Below the pieces are notes generated by a model. The model was given only the letters and a program-made list of their open reading frames with translations, did not search any database and was not told where the DNA came from. Both the position numbers and the translations under genes were made by a program. From Perkinsus chesapeaki ATCC PRA-425 (taxonomy: Eukaryota; Protista; Perkinsozoa), in contig JAAPAO010000130.1 in NCBI GenBank assembly GCA_013115145.1, forward strand, positions 1 to 64,000: 64,000 nucleotides of DNA, given 5' to 3'. Position 1 is the stretch's first letter. Each line of letters opens with the position of its first letter. Below, in pieces: positions 13,415 to 25,899 of the stretch.

Positions 13415-13461
13415 AGACAAGCGGCAGACACCCCAGAGTCTGGGGTGTCTGTCGCTTGTCT
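13415..13461. repeat. 47-bp near-perfect palindrome
   Basis: AGACAAGCGGCAGACACCCCAGA-G-TCTGGGGTGTCTGTCGCTTGTCT has 23-bp arms with one G:T mismatch. Confidence 0.95.
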
Positions 13462-15304
13462 GACTTACTCAGATTGGAGCTTGATCTCGGTTTGGGTCGT
13501 TCCTATTTTGGAGAGCAACTTCGAGGAAAAACTTTCTGAATCAGGAATCCTGATACTACTTTTGTGTTTGACTCGATCAATTTGACTTGCCAACATCATC
13601 TTGCTCGAAACTAACGTCACCGATACTCTGGCTATCATCATTCACATCATAGCAAAGTCCTCATAGTCAACCTCTTGACAGCGATATCACCCCCCGCTTC
13701 TCCCGTGGCCCCATCAAGTCTTGCTTGTACCGTCATAAAGCCGCTACCTAGGTTAACAGATGTGGTATTACCACTCCGTTCTCATCAGACTGGACCACTG
13801 CCAGTGGTGGTTCACCACAAAAGTCGAATAGAGTCTACTCAGTAGACTCCTTTCATAATGTATTGAAAGTTACCCAGCTTCTTACATGGTCGTACCTTGC
13901 GAAGCACAGCCTCATACGTTTTGGCACCGGGTACCCCTCTCCTGCCCTCAGATTGTAGCCACACAGCTCTCCTGATATGTCGCACGTGCATGGAATGCCC
14001 ATGGAATCACGTCTACTGACAGAACAGTTCTGTAAACCCTAGCCACAACTCATCCCTTGTTAAGCATCAGTCATGGCACAATAACCTATCCTAGATAGTC
14101 ATTGCTCCATCTCATTCACTTGCTAACATCCTGGCCCAGGAATCCTGGGTAATATTCACAAGACCATATCATATTATCACAGTTTGGATTGTCAACATAT
14201 AATGCAGAACTGGTGGTCGCTTTGATTGATAACGATTCAGCGGTTGAATTTCAACCCTATCGGGCGCTGTTGCTGAAATGCATGGATGATCATCGACGAA
14301 TGTACATGCACACTGAGAGAATCTCTCCACATTAGCGTCGCTGGCCAATGTCTTTACCAAAACCATAGCTGGCAACTACTTTCATCATTATCAGTCATCA
14401 TGACTGAGGATTTTCCCGTGCGGATTTCCGTAAGTTTTGTGCGAGAAAATCAATGTCTATAGTTTTCCTGCGTGTCCTGTTTTGGCGGTTGCTGGCGATA
14501 ATCCTTTTAAATTAGTCGCGACTCGCGAGTCATGGTCCGTCGAACCACGGACTGAGACACTGTTGAGTTCGCCCCGGTGCTTGAAAACCATTGGCAATAT
14601 GCCGATGTACCGTCAAGAGTCAAGAAGAGAAGGTCAAGAAGGCTCCTGGAGCCCTGCTCCATGGACAATATAAAACGTACGGGGCCACCGGACCTTCCAC
14701 GCAAACCAGTGAGAACCGCGTTGAGCAGTGCTGAGTGCAGCAGCATTTACGTATGCTACTGCTTGCCTCAATCGTTTGTGCAACAGTGTCCATGAGTTAC
14801 ATGATTCATGCGTTACCAACAACCAGTAAGTTATTGTCAATAACAACACTTCCGCCGCGAAAGCTCAGCGATTGTTGCACGGCGCAATTTATTCTCAATG
14901 TTGACGCTTGGAATCAGATGCTATTCTGTTACTAATTTTTTTGCGATGAGACACACTGCTTGAGAACACCCCTCGGCAAGACCGTTGTTTTGGCAGACTG
15001 AGCACAATGTGGCAGCCAATGGTTGTCGTGATGATTCGCAACCTTTCAATCGGTGACCTAATGCGGTGCTTGATACGAGTTCCGGAGTCACGCAACATAG
15101 CCCAACAGATACGTAGGTGCTCTCAGAGGAAGCCCGAAAACCGTTAATGAAGACTATCGTTACTGAACATCCATTGTATATGTATAACCGGTAGTTCGGT
15201 AAAGTGAAATACACCAAACAGGGCTCTCTCTAAATCGCACGCATACACAACTGTGACAAGTATTCCGTCGCAGGTTCCACCGCGTCACATGAAGCCGTGA
15301 TCAC

Positions 15305-17699
15305 ATGCTTGCGAACCTTCAGCGAATTAGTTTGACCAGGGAACGACTTGAGGACATGCCCGTCGGCTCGACAAAATCAAGCCAGAGTTCAGAACCCCGT
15401 TTGGACCTTGACACAGGAGTGGTCAACGAGGAGATCGGTAAAGGAATATCCCTCTGGTGGGCTCACATTGGCTCGACTTCCCCTACTTATGCCCTCAGGA
15501 CATTCTTCTTCATATGTTCTAATATAGTGATATCTCAAGCTCTATCTATCCCGTTCATGTTCACTACTGCTGGTTGGGTGGCTTTTGTAACTCAAGCCTT
15601 GGCAGCTGTATTCACATTCATTTGTGTCCAACTTGCCAGGATCGCTTTGAGGGATCGACAGGTATTTTCCGAGTGACACTACTATTTTACACTGTCGCTT
15701 ACACAACTTCTGATTCACCCTCACTCAGGTGGTTGGATATGCGGAGAGAAAAGATATCCCACCCTTCGAAAGAGAGTACACATTTCTGGGCGAATTTTGT
15801 GCCGGCAGTTTGGGAAGAGCTGGAATAACCTTGGTGAGAGAATCCTTCCGATTCCGGAGTTCTGAGGGATGGCGGGCTCAGTTAGTCATGAACATCCAGT
15901 GCTACTTCTTCGCCGAATAAGCATCATATATATGCACTAAGTCTAAGGATCTTACCGAGAATCTTAGTATAAGAGTAATTATAGAAGAGACATTCATCGC
16001 CAGTCGCACGATTATATCGACATTTCTTATTAAGACTCTCCTACTGGTGAAATATGAAAACCAGCCGGAACTTAACTTGGTTAGTTCCATTTCCTACGCA
16101 GCAGCAACCGTTCACCGAGGGTTAAGTTACAGTGTACAGAGGCTTCCTTTCATCAGTTCATCTTTCTGGAATATTACACTGGCTTATCGACGATTCTCGC
16201 GGCCATTGGGCTGTGCGTCGAACTGATAATACCGCAAGTGAAAGGTAACACCTCGGCACAGTCGATGTGTGATGTCTGTATCGTCAGCGGAGTACTGGAT
16301 TCTTGTGTTTGGCATCTTGACACTTATATTGGTGTTGGTGCCGTGGTTAAGGGAGGTATCAGCAATGATTGGCGTTCTTGCTATGATTGGGACTATTGGC
16401 AGTATGCTTGCATGGGTAAGTGACAACCGGTAAATCTGACGAAACTGACGCTACTGAACAGGGAACACCTGGAATGTTTCTACGCTGGAGAGAGACTCTA
16501 TCAAAAAGCTTGTACTCGTTGAATCAACATTCGCTGTTTATCAGGTAGGATCGGCTTTTTCCATTTTGCCGGATTCCAACTTGGCTGATAACCTAATCCC
16601 ACGTGATCCATTGTTCATCAACATTGCCAACGCAGGAAGCCTATCAATCTGGACATTTGCTGGCGTGCCCTCAATCGTGCCTTATACAGGAGTTGTGCAG
16701 GGTGAGCCAAACTTGCTGAGAGCACTCTCACCGTCGAGGAAAAGTTGCATTTAGGATCGAGCAATCGTCGAACAAGCTTTGTTATCTTTGTTTGTTTTGT
16801 TATTGGTATGGTTTATGTTGCCGTAATCGGTATCGGAGGGATGCAAATATGTACCGGCGTCTGTGATCCGTTTTACCCTAAGAGCCTCGAGGGTGAGGGA
16901 ATCCAGCGACACAATAGTCATACGCGCTCATTTTGAGCTCTGCACTCAGGTGTGATTTCAAAAGAGGTGCCTACATGGCTTATGTACTGCTTGTACATCT
17001 CCATGCTTATAAGAATGGTGGCTATGGCTCCAATTGCATTGATTCTATTAATGATATCAACCGAGACATTCCTGGGCAACATCCTGGTGAGTTGTGGGAG
17101 CATCCATTTCACACCATGCGAAGCATGCTGATAGTTCAGCATGTTCTCCCCTCATTTGGCTTGATTTACTCGTTTGGTCTCATTAATTCCCGCGAAATCG
17201 TCCCTCTAGCCAGCCAGGCACTGTCTGGCTGGCGGAACAGAAGTATTAACTAGTCATGGTACTGTGCCTTCATGAAGTGGTCACCTACTTTCTGGAAGAT
17301 AGCTGACACGACGGAAACTTCTTATGCTCCTTTAGGTGAAATCGAAGTGTACGGCGAATCTCGTGAGGCGAAAGTGGTGGAGGTTCGCGGCAAGGTGCAC
17401 TCTAGTTGGTTTGGCAGCAGCTGGGGCAATTCTGGCCAAACGGCAACTTGCTCATTTTCAAGCGATTGCTTCCGACTTGCTTACTTCGTGTAATAACCTT
17501 TTTCTCAGCTACAAGCGTTGTGATCATCCTGTATGTCGTATCAGGCACCCTATATTTGTTTCCTATGTGGTTCTATGTATCAGCTGTGAAACCAAGTGGA
17601 TTAACTTTGTATGCAATCTACTTTTCAGGAATGGTGGTTATAGCATTTATAGCCGCTGGCACGACTGCCTCGATCATGGATAAATACATACCACAATGA
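15305..17699 (+). CDS. Amino-acid transporter, Aa_trans (AAAP/AVT-like) family
   Basis: Spliced TM segments in family order: RTFFFICSNIVISQALSIPFMFTTAGW, REYTFLGEFCAGSLGR, WILVFGILTLILVLVPWLREVS, LSIWTFAGVPSI, RCTLVGLAAAGAILA, then a final helix ending ...SIMDKYIPQ*. Confidence 0.8.
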
Positions 17700-17899
17700 T
17701 GGCCATTGAAGCCATCCACTTACTTCTTCAGGCCTTTCTGACCTGACCCTTTGTCTCCCCAGATGCTGCGTGATATGCACCTCTACTGCAATATGTCTCC
17801 TAAGTTGTCGAGAGGCTTATAGTACAGAGTGCCTTAGTGACTTTAGCCGAGTCGGCATTCCGGCTTGGCTGTTTGTATAAATGCCATGACATTTGCACT

Positions 17900-19050
17900 T
17901 CAAGTCACCAAATGCGAATGCCTATTTCCTAAAATGGATGTGTTGTTCACTTATATCTGCTTGCTGTTTTACAGCGTATTTCTCCTAACTTATCACACCA
18001 GTGGTCCACCAGTCTGTAGTTTTGCGGTCGAGTTGTTGTTAATAGGGGGCATCCGCTGCCATTGGTCGGCGTCTTTCTATCTGACCTCCTATCCATATAT
18101 GACTAGAAGTACCCCCGATTGCTATTGCACAAAGCACGGTCCATCGTTGATAATCTACCAGAAACTCAAATGTCCGTAAGCCCGGACAGCACAACAAGTC
18201 ATCAGCAATGAACGGTCACTGTGAGGAAGAAGAGGCGTCATGGTTGCCTGCGGGCCGCTTGACATCAACTCAGTATATGAGTATCTCGAATTTCGAGAGG
18301 CGCGCCATCAAGATTATTTCTCTTCTCCCGTCCATGATTAGTAACTAAATCACCATACCGCATACCATGCGGGCTGGCCATGTCTCTATAACCACTCAGG
18401 CTAGCTTTTGTGATCATGGGACCTATTGCGCACAGTGCGCAGCGAATTCCGGGGCCTCATTGCTAGAGTGGTAATAGTACCACATTCCTGGTGACGGCGG
18501 TGTACTTATCGATGTGAGTCCATTGTCCGCTATACTATTTGGGGGGCTTGACCAAGGGGCGCCCCCTCTTGCGGTGTAAAATTTAACACTACCTCGACTG
18601 GTACTGCTCATATGTGACGTCGTTGGCGTGTATAGTAAAGCTGTTATTGATGGAGAAAGAGTATCTCCCTGCGAGAAGGGTCCACTGGTGCGCCCCGCTG
18701 AGGCGCAGCTTCGTGATGCCACTCTTTGAATGCGCCCTATAGCTTATCAGTGTGGCCTTCACCATTGCTCGTGGTAATGGATAATCATGTTGAAGATTCT
18801 CCCCGGAAGTATTCCAGAAAATGTGGCCCTATACCAGTAGGATAGCGAAACTGCGTCGCGCCGGTGACTCGCGGCAGGTGGTAAGAGTTGTCTCAGTTTC
18901 GTAACTCGGCAGGGTCTGTCTCCCGGTTGAAGATCGTGAACCCTATGGGAGCCGCCGCTGCAGCTTGAACTTGCGTTCATTACGATGACGACAGATTCTA
19001 GTTTTCTCACAAGGTTTGTGTGATGCGTTAATCATAAGTCATCAGTACAT
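17900..19050 (-). CDS. Hypothetical multi-exon protein
   Basis: Protein-like minus-strand segments with splice signals and a C-terminal hydrophobic stretch (RWTVLCAIAIGVLLVIYG). Exon structure is unresolved. Confidence 0.3.
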
Positions 19051-19419
19051 ACTCAGGCCTCGACTAGGCCCCAGACACGATGACCGGTCCTCGTGTAATC
19101 TTGTGGATAGCCATTTCGATTGTCCGAACATTCGAAGAGGGCCAAGGGCGGGTTGACGACTTTATGAATAGAGCCAGTAAGGACACTTCTGTACAGTAGT
19201 ACAGTAGTAGTAGTACTTCTGTTCACCACAGTAGTTCAACTTCTACTACTACTACCAGTACTGTGAGAGTCAAACTACTAATATTTTGCCGCTCCGTCAC
19301 TATTCAAATTGAAGTATATTGATGCATAGTAACATTATACCAACAGTTGGTGAAATGCGCGAGTACTGAAAACGAGCCCACCTCGATAACCAATTGTTTT
19401 CTAATATCTATACGAGCGT

Positions 19420-20977
19420 ATGCTGGTACTTATGGCTCATTGGTTTTTAAATGGTATTGTCCTCAAACTTGTCAAAGTCGTGTATTGCTATTTCTGCTGG
19501 GTTAGGTATCGACGTTCCTCCAGAAGTTGAGACCGTCATTGTCGACGTGGGTACATTCAATAAGACTGAGTTTTGGGAAAGACTGTTGATCGGAGATATA
19601 CTAGTCTTGGGATTCGAACCAATGCCTAGTAAATTTGCCGAGCACCCCCGACACCCCAATCTCATTCTGCTGCCTGCAGCTGTTGGCACCGTGAGTAATC
19701 CGTATCGCAGAAGGGCTGCTAATCAGCGGCAGGTTCCCGGGGCGAGGCGAATGTATATCCCCGAGTACGAAGAGTGTGCCACTCTGCTCTCCGATGTGCC
19801 CAATTCTACCGTGTTTGGTGAACAGCATCAGGAGTTTATAAGACAATGCTCGAGTACGCTGAAGTGTGAAGGGTGGCTCTGTAACACAGTCCCTCTGTAG
19901 GCTTCTGCCGGATGAGCTAGTTGCCTGCTATTTGCCTAAAGTTGTGGTAGAGTCCTATCAGGTGGTGCTCGGATTGAAATTAAAGTTCCAGTCGTTCGCC
20001 TAGATGAAGTGCTGGATAAGATACCACCTGAATTGTTGCCAGTGGAGCTGCTAAAGGTTGACGCTCAGGGTAGCAGTTTGCGATACGGTTGCTACGACTG
20101 CATCTTACTGTAGGTATGGATCTTGAAGTTGTTCTGTCGGCTGGACGCTTCTTGAATACCTCTACTATCAAACGACTCAAATTAGAAGTACAGTTCGCTT
20201 AGGAGAGGCCCTATTGCCAGAGTGTGGCGAATAATAAAAATGTCAGAAATGTGGCAATGGGGAATTAATTTCGAGAATCACGCTAAGGAGCAAAGGGCTG
20301 GGTATGATTGCATGCAGCAGTCAACCTACCTGTTGTGGGATAAACGAGGATCTAGACAAGCTTGCCACCCATTTTCGTCAGAGACAAGGTTAATCGTCAG
20401 GTTTGGAATGTTTCTCCGCAAGATCGTGACCTTCTACCATATCCTCAGTCGCCGGTAAAAGCCGAGATCTCATCCACTCTGGAGTCCTTCGGGTAGCGTG
20501 GACACTCTTCAACGAGTACTATATCACTGCCTTGTAAAGGTTCTCTGTTGAGCGTTGCGAAATGCAGGGGATGCTGGAGGCCAATGACGGTCGCGCTGCC
20601 CCGGAGGAGGATTGCTTTTTCGTCAACAACAGGCTCATCACTGTAGGCTTCATGCACTCCGTCGGTAGCTCGAAACTTTCATTCAGAGTCCGCCATGGCG
20701 GAATTGCTTCGAGGACCGTGAGAAGGTTTTCGAGCTTCATCATATCATGGCAACACTTCAGTACGGCGAGCATCCTCCAGAGGACTTCAGCCAGATGACT
20801 GAATACGACAAGCTCTACACGCTGGACGTCGTGGCGAAGCACTGCTGCGGAAACCCGGAAATTACGGCAATGCAGCACCTCTGTTGGAGGTCAGGAGTGC
20901 TCGGTGATACTGTCAGCTACGACACTTGCTGCATGAAACCCTTTTTAACAAGGATTGGTCTGCCTTCGCTCACATAG
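19420..20977 (+). CDS. FkbM-family (Methyltransf_21) SAM methyltransferase with Cys-rich C-terminal tail
   Basis: Motifs VIVDVG, VLGFEP, NLILLPAAVG, VVRLDEVL...LLKVDAQG|MDLEVV and EISSTLESFG|F appear in canonical FkbM order across GT-AG introns. The last exon reads KHCC...CWRSG...SYDTCC...LT*. Confidence 0.8.
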
Positions 20978-21669
20978 TGATTTATGATCATGTCCATTGT
21001 TCTTATTGTGTTGAACCGAGGTTGGTGAATTAACAATAAAGGCGGCAGATTCACCTGAACTATTTCCTCTATTTTACTGGGACTTATAGCCCGCGAACCC
21101 AACTTGTGTCTGCCGATTCACCAGTACCCAATCCTCCACAATAGCACGTAGTGCCATTGCTAGTATAGTGCTAGTTTAACTAAACAAGCTATCGAACGCA
21201 AACCCCTCTAGCCATCGGCTGCTCGATTATGTCGGATTTATGCGGAGCACCACTTGTTGTGCGTAGAGTAAATAAGCGGAGTGCAGGGAGAGTCTGCTTG
21301 TGCCTAGTTGTGCATTACGTATTTGGTGTCAACGAGTCTCAAGCCGAGCCACACTGGGGCTTTCACATCAGAGTTCATCTCAGTTTGGAGAGTCAGCCTG
21401 GTTTGTAACTCGGCCTACTTGGTTCTCTACGAGGATAGTAGTGGGCCACTAACTGGGCTCGGCCTCGGTGTTGTTACGCGCAGCCTTAGGGAGATACCCG
21501 CAAATCTCTGTCTCGCCCATCAATCTCTCCGGGAGAGTCTCCCCACTCCCCCGGAGGGGTAGCGACTCAAGTTGAGTCACTCAACATCTTAGTTAATAAT
21601 AGTGTCATTCGGTGGGAGTCGAACTATTCCGCACCTTTTACATTAAGCGATAACACACAGCTCATCGTC

Positions 21670-22196
21670 GAGCTTGTTCACGGTGCGTCAGACGTAGCCT
21701 TCCTCACATAGGCCTTGTCGCAGGTCCGGCATGACCACTTACGAACCAAACACTTGCGAAAGATACTAAGAAACGTGTTGATAAGGAAACGAGATTTATC
21801 ATGCCGGTGGCACCGTTGGTGCAATTGACACCATATCAGACGTCCTTCCTCGATTTTCGTCCAGTCCATTTTAAGAATGCATACCTTCCACCTGATAAGA
21901 ATGATTACCCTGTAGCAATACTAATGACAGTGCCCCGAAGTCCACCTTTATGTTTGAAACTGAAAACTCGTGTCCACTCTAGGCCGCTGAGGTCTTCGAA
22001 CTTTCCCTCTTCTGGTGCAACTACAAGAACTGCCCGCCATTTGCCGGCATTGCAAATAACCATCCTGCCGAACTCCTGATAGACCTACGAACAAAACTAG
22101 TGTCCAGCGAGTAACGGTAAAGGCTACGAATTCTCCAGAGCATCGGTTAACTACAGATCCACTGATAGTAAGTATTATAAGTACAGCACCCGCCAT
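21670..22196 (-). CDS. Predicted secreted hypothetical protein
   Basis: Signal-like MAGAVLIILTISGSVVN, then spliced exons (e.g. EFGRMVICNAGKWRAVLVVAPEEG). The 3' end is approximate. Confidence 0.4.
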
Positions 22197-22429
22197 CTAA
22201 AGACTGTGTTTACTTTGGCGGGCGTCACGCATACCATTACAAATAAATACAGTCTTTAGATGGTGGACACTGTATCTTCTGAGCTGTGAAGTATCAACAG
22301 CAGTAATGGAAGTGTTTCGAAACTTACCCAACATCGATTACAGGATTAGATCCAAACAGTAGCTGTCAGTAAGTTGCAACGTATCATGTGAAGAAACCAA
22401 CATTTGCTGCACCAGCAGAGAACGGTTAC

Positions 22430-24280
22430 AGCAGATGCAGTTTCCCAGGCGGAGAGATCTGCCTTTGCAAATAACTCACCCGATTCGTCTCTTCCTTCGT
22501 AGCCGATTTCGGCATGTGAGTGAGGACGATGCAGTTCTCAGGAGGGCTCCTGGATGCCTCTAAGAGGCTGCCACTGCGCCCTCGGAATACAAGGCTGGGC
22601 ATTGTCACAGAGTCATCATGTGGGCTTGTGCCGTGACGCGGTCCCGTCGGCGTATCAGTCAAGAAGTCGGCCACGGTCCCTGGGAACTCACTACCAATTG
22701 AAAACACCCCCCAGTCGAAACCTACCAAACTTGCTACTCTGCATGACTGGCTCGACTTCAACCTCGGCCCGTCGCGGTAGAGCTCCTTTAAATGCAACAG
22801 CTTCCCCTTCGGCTCTCGCGACAACCTCTGGCTCCGGACTCGTGCCGAGGATCGTCAGCTTGTCCATGAATTCATGTGGAACCACATCGATGTCATCCAC
22901 CAGTCGAGAGTACTCCATATGGTCGTGCGTAGGGTATCTGTGCAAATGTTCCAGCTCAAACGAGAGAACTATTCTCACTGTGTAAAGGGATAGTTGATGG
23001 CCGGACTGCCAGGCGGCAATCCCATCACCATTGCTGCTGCCTCGAGACACAGGCTTGTTGAATGCAGAAATGGATCCCAGAGAGTACCTGGCAGGGAAGA
23101 GCATGCAAGCGCTGGCTGGGGTTTAACAAGAACCGAATAGAATTGCCGACATATCGCATGCACTTCGTGAACAATATAAAGTTGTTCTTCAAATAAGCAC
23201 ACACTTGTGTTGTGAGTTCAAACTCTCGGGGCAAGTGCGGAGAAATACTATAGTGTGAACTATACTGTCGTAACAAAACCCTTTACTTTCTCGTTCAGGC
23301 GTTACAAAGTTTCGAGATCAAATGGAGTCCTATGTAGGTCAACTTGAGAAAGATCCCTACATCGGGTTTCGAACCTACAACTTGGCATAAGCAAAAGCTC
23401 TGACATTGAATCAATATAAAAGTGATATACTTCACGGTGTACAAACTTAGCGTAATATTCCCACTGCGTGAGCTAAAGCCAAATAGGGACTGATCCAGCA
23501 TATATGTAGCTCACATTTCTGTCCTTCGTCCAGGAGTTTTATGAGCGGGCTCTCGCGAATACATGCCGCTGCTGCGTAGGAAGGAATGATACCGACACCC
23601 TCATGTGGATGGTAGACACGACTTAGGTCGCCAGAGGCATCCGCGGATATCTTGAAGGTGGGTAAGATGATCATTACGGAGCTACTACTAGTATTGCAAT
23701 TGAAGATAGATCGACTGTATAAGTTAGATATATAGAATGCACTTGTAAATATAGTATCAGTGACATTGGCTCACCTCGAATGAATTGTCAAGGAGGTTCA
23801 CGAGTATCCTCGGGGCATATACATTTGGATCATCTGTTGTCGTGATTTCTGCATTGCTATTGTCATCGTCGAAATTCTTGGCGTTTCGAGAAGTTCTGAT
23901 GAAGTCGCGCTTATTAAGGAGTTCCTCCTCAACCTGATATCACAGCAAAGAAAACATCTACGAGCTTCGGAAGAAAGTTTTTCAAAGGGAAATCTGAAGC
24001 GCTCGAGCATTCAGCCTGGCGCCCGCCCGGAGCGACGTCGCCGATTCGAGCGAACCATGCCGCAAATTCTTCGCAAGGCACGGTTTGCAACAGTTTTGTC
24101 ACAGTCCCAGAGCTGCAGATTGTGGATTGCACAACTACAGTGACTCCAGTGTTGCTTGCGCACAGCGTAGAGGGAGAGGATCACATTAATCCTCCCACGG
24201 TGCTGAAAAGCTCCTTTGCCACATAAATCACCTCGCCGGTCCTGGTCCGGATAGCACTTCTTTGAATCGTCGTGCCACAC
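22430..24280 (-). CDS. Hypothetical multi-exon protein
   Basis: Minus-strand exon chain; for example, a 41-nt GT-AG intron joins ...AINYPFTQ to YPTHDHMEYSRLVDDIDVVPHEF.... No family assigned. Confidence 0.4.
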
Positions 24281-24589
24281 AGTGTTTAGAAAGTGCTTTA
24301 GGTCTTCCCTAAGTCTTAGCTAAGCCACACAACCTGTGTGGCTCGCGCTCCGTCGTATATTGTACGGCTAATTCTCATTGAACCAACAAAGAGCAATACG
24401 ATCTCTGTCGAGGAATACGATCAATTGATAGCAGCAAAGTCCCCTCATCGGATCTGCAATTCAACGCTCAGCGGACAATGCGCCTTGAGCGCATCGCTCT
24501 CTTCTCAAGGCCCAAATAGAAGCAATTCCTCGCGAGTGAGTGATATGCACCAATCGATCGAGTCGGCTATTATTCCAGGTTTAAGGGTA

Positions 24590-25630
24590 ATGGCTGTTCA
24601 CTCCTTCGCTCAATTTTCTCTCTTCTGTGTACTATCGTCTGCCCAAACAGTAATATATCGAGACTTCAACGTAAGAGACAGGTTCGTCAGTGTCGCCGAT
24701 GATGAGTACTTCCACGATGTATGCGAAGACCCGGAAAACGTTCCCTGTCACGTGGCGGTACGCCAAGGCACGCGGGAGAAGCCTGAGGTGACTTGTACAG
24801 CGCTGATTTCAGAAGGGTTGTATTTACACTAGCGTCTCTGATTTCAGACAGTGCTGGGATACATTTGGATGTCAATTCCTCATTCTTTAGAAGGTTACGA
24901 AGAGGCTGCTGTCAGACAGCAGATGCATGACGAAAGCCAACCGAGGAAGCGGCGACGCCACAGGCATGCTATCGCCTTGTTGCTTTCGTGCCATCAGGTT
25001 TCATCTTTGGTCAGGTCAAAAGACTCGGAAAAGGGGGCTTTTGGATTCATCTACTACGTACGGCGGGCGGTACGTGTTGTTGGTATTTTACCTCGAGACC
25101 TACCGATCTAATATGAGAAAAGCTTTTAAGCGAACTCCAATCTCCGTTTGTTATAGAGTGGAACTCACACGCGATTTGACGTTTTTACTGTTGCCATGTA
25201 CCGGGCCGCAACTTGCGATCATGTCAGTGTTCAGGTTAAGGTCGCGGGCGCCTTCCAAAACAGAGGTATCGGAACCACTCTATTGGAGCACGCCATAACA
25301 CTTGTAAGAGCGTTGTCACTTTCACGAAGTCAGACGACCATTTGTCAAAAAATAATGACTGCCTTTATAGCCTCGGTTCTTATCTTTAGGGTGGCGAACT
25401 AGGCGTCCTTGCTATGACCCTGATTGCTAACAAGAAGAACACTGCAGTTGGACTGTATCAGAGGTTGGGGTTCAAAGATATCATCAGTAATGTTGGACCA
25501 CTTACAGGAGGGAAATGATGCCCTCTTCATCAGCACGGGACAACACGACACTCTTCGCATTCTTTTACACTTGAAGTTAGCTCAGCGAGCTTATCGGGCA
25601 GATTCACTTGATAGTGTGACTACCAGTTGA
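24590..25630 (+). CDS. GNAT-family N-acetyltransferase
   Basis: Motif A VKVAGAFQNRGIGTTLLEHAI (about 25235-25297) and motif B NTAVGLYQRLGF (about 25437-25472). The N-terminus is hydrophobic. The 3' end is approximate. Confidence 0.75.
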
Positions 25631-25899
25631 AATAACCACGCCGAGTTGTGTTAGTAGTGAGCACCCATTCAAGAAGCTATAACCTTAAAGCTTACGCGTG
25701 GATTCAGCTTAAGTGGGCACTCTAGCCATGAGGATAGGGAAGACTGGAGGGGCAACTAGCCGGGACGTCGCGTAATACGACTCGCGTTGCGACTACATCA
25801 GGACGACCAACTCAGGGGAGACACTATGTCTCCCCTTGATGATCCTAAGATAGCGATGAGCTGTTACCAGCACCGATTACAAAATGGAATGCAATGCGA

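Noticed and set aside
22860-22940. RLVDDIDVVPH as a class-3 lipase motif, with a nearby YSLG
   Set aside because: The YSLG is in a different frame from the best-supported splice path, and no GxSxG nucleophile could be placed.
25769-25783. CGCGTAATACGACTC, T7 promoter/vector-like
   Set aside because: The match stops before ACTATAG and there is no other vector sequence. Treated as chance.
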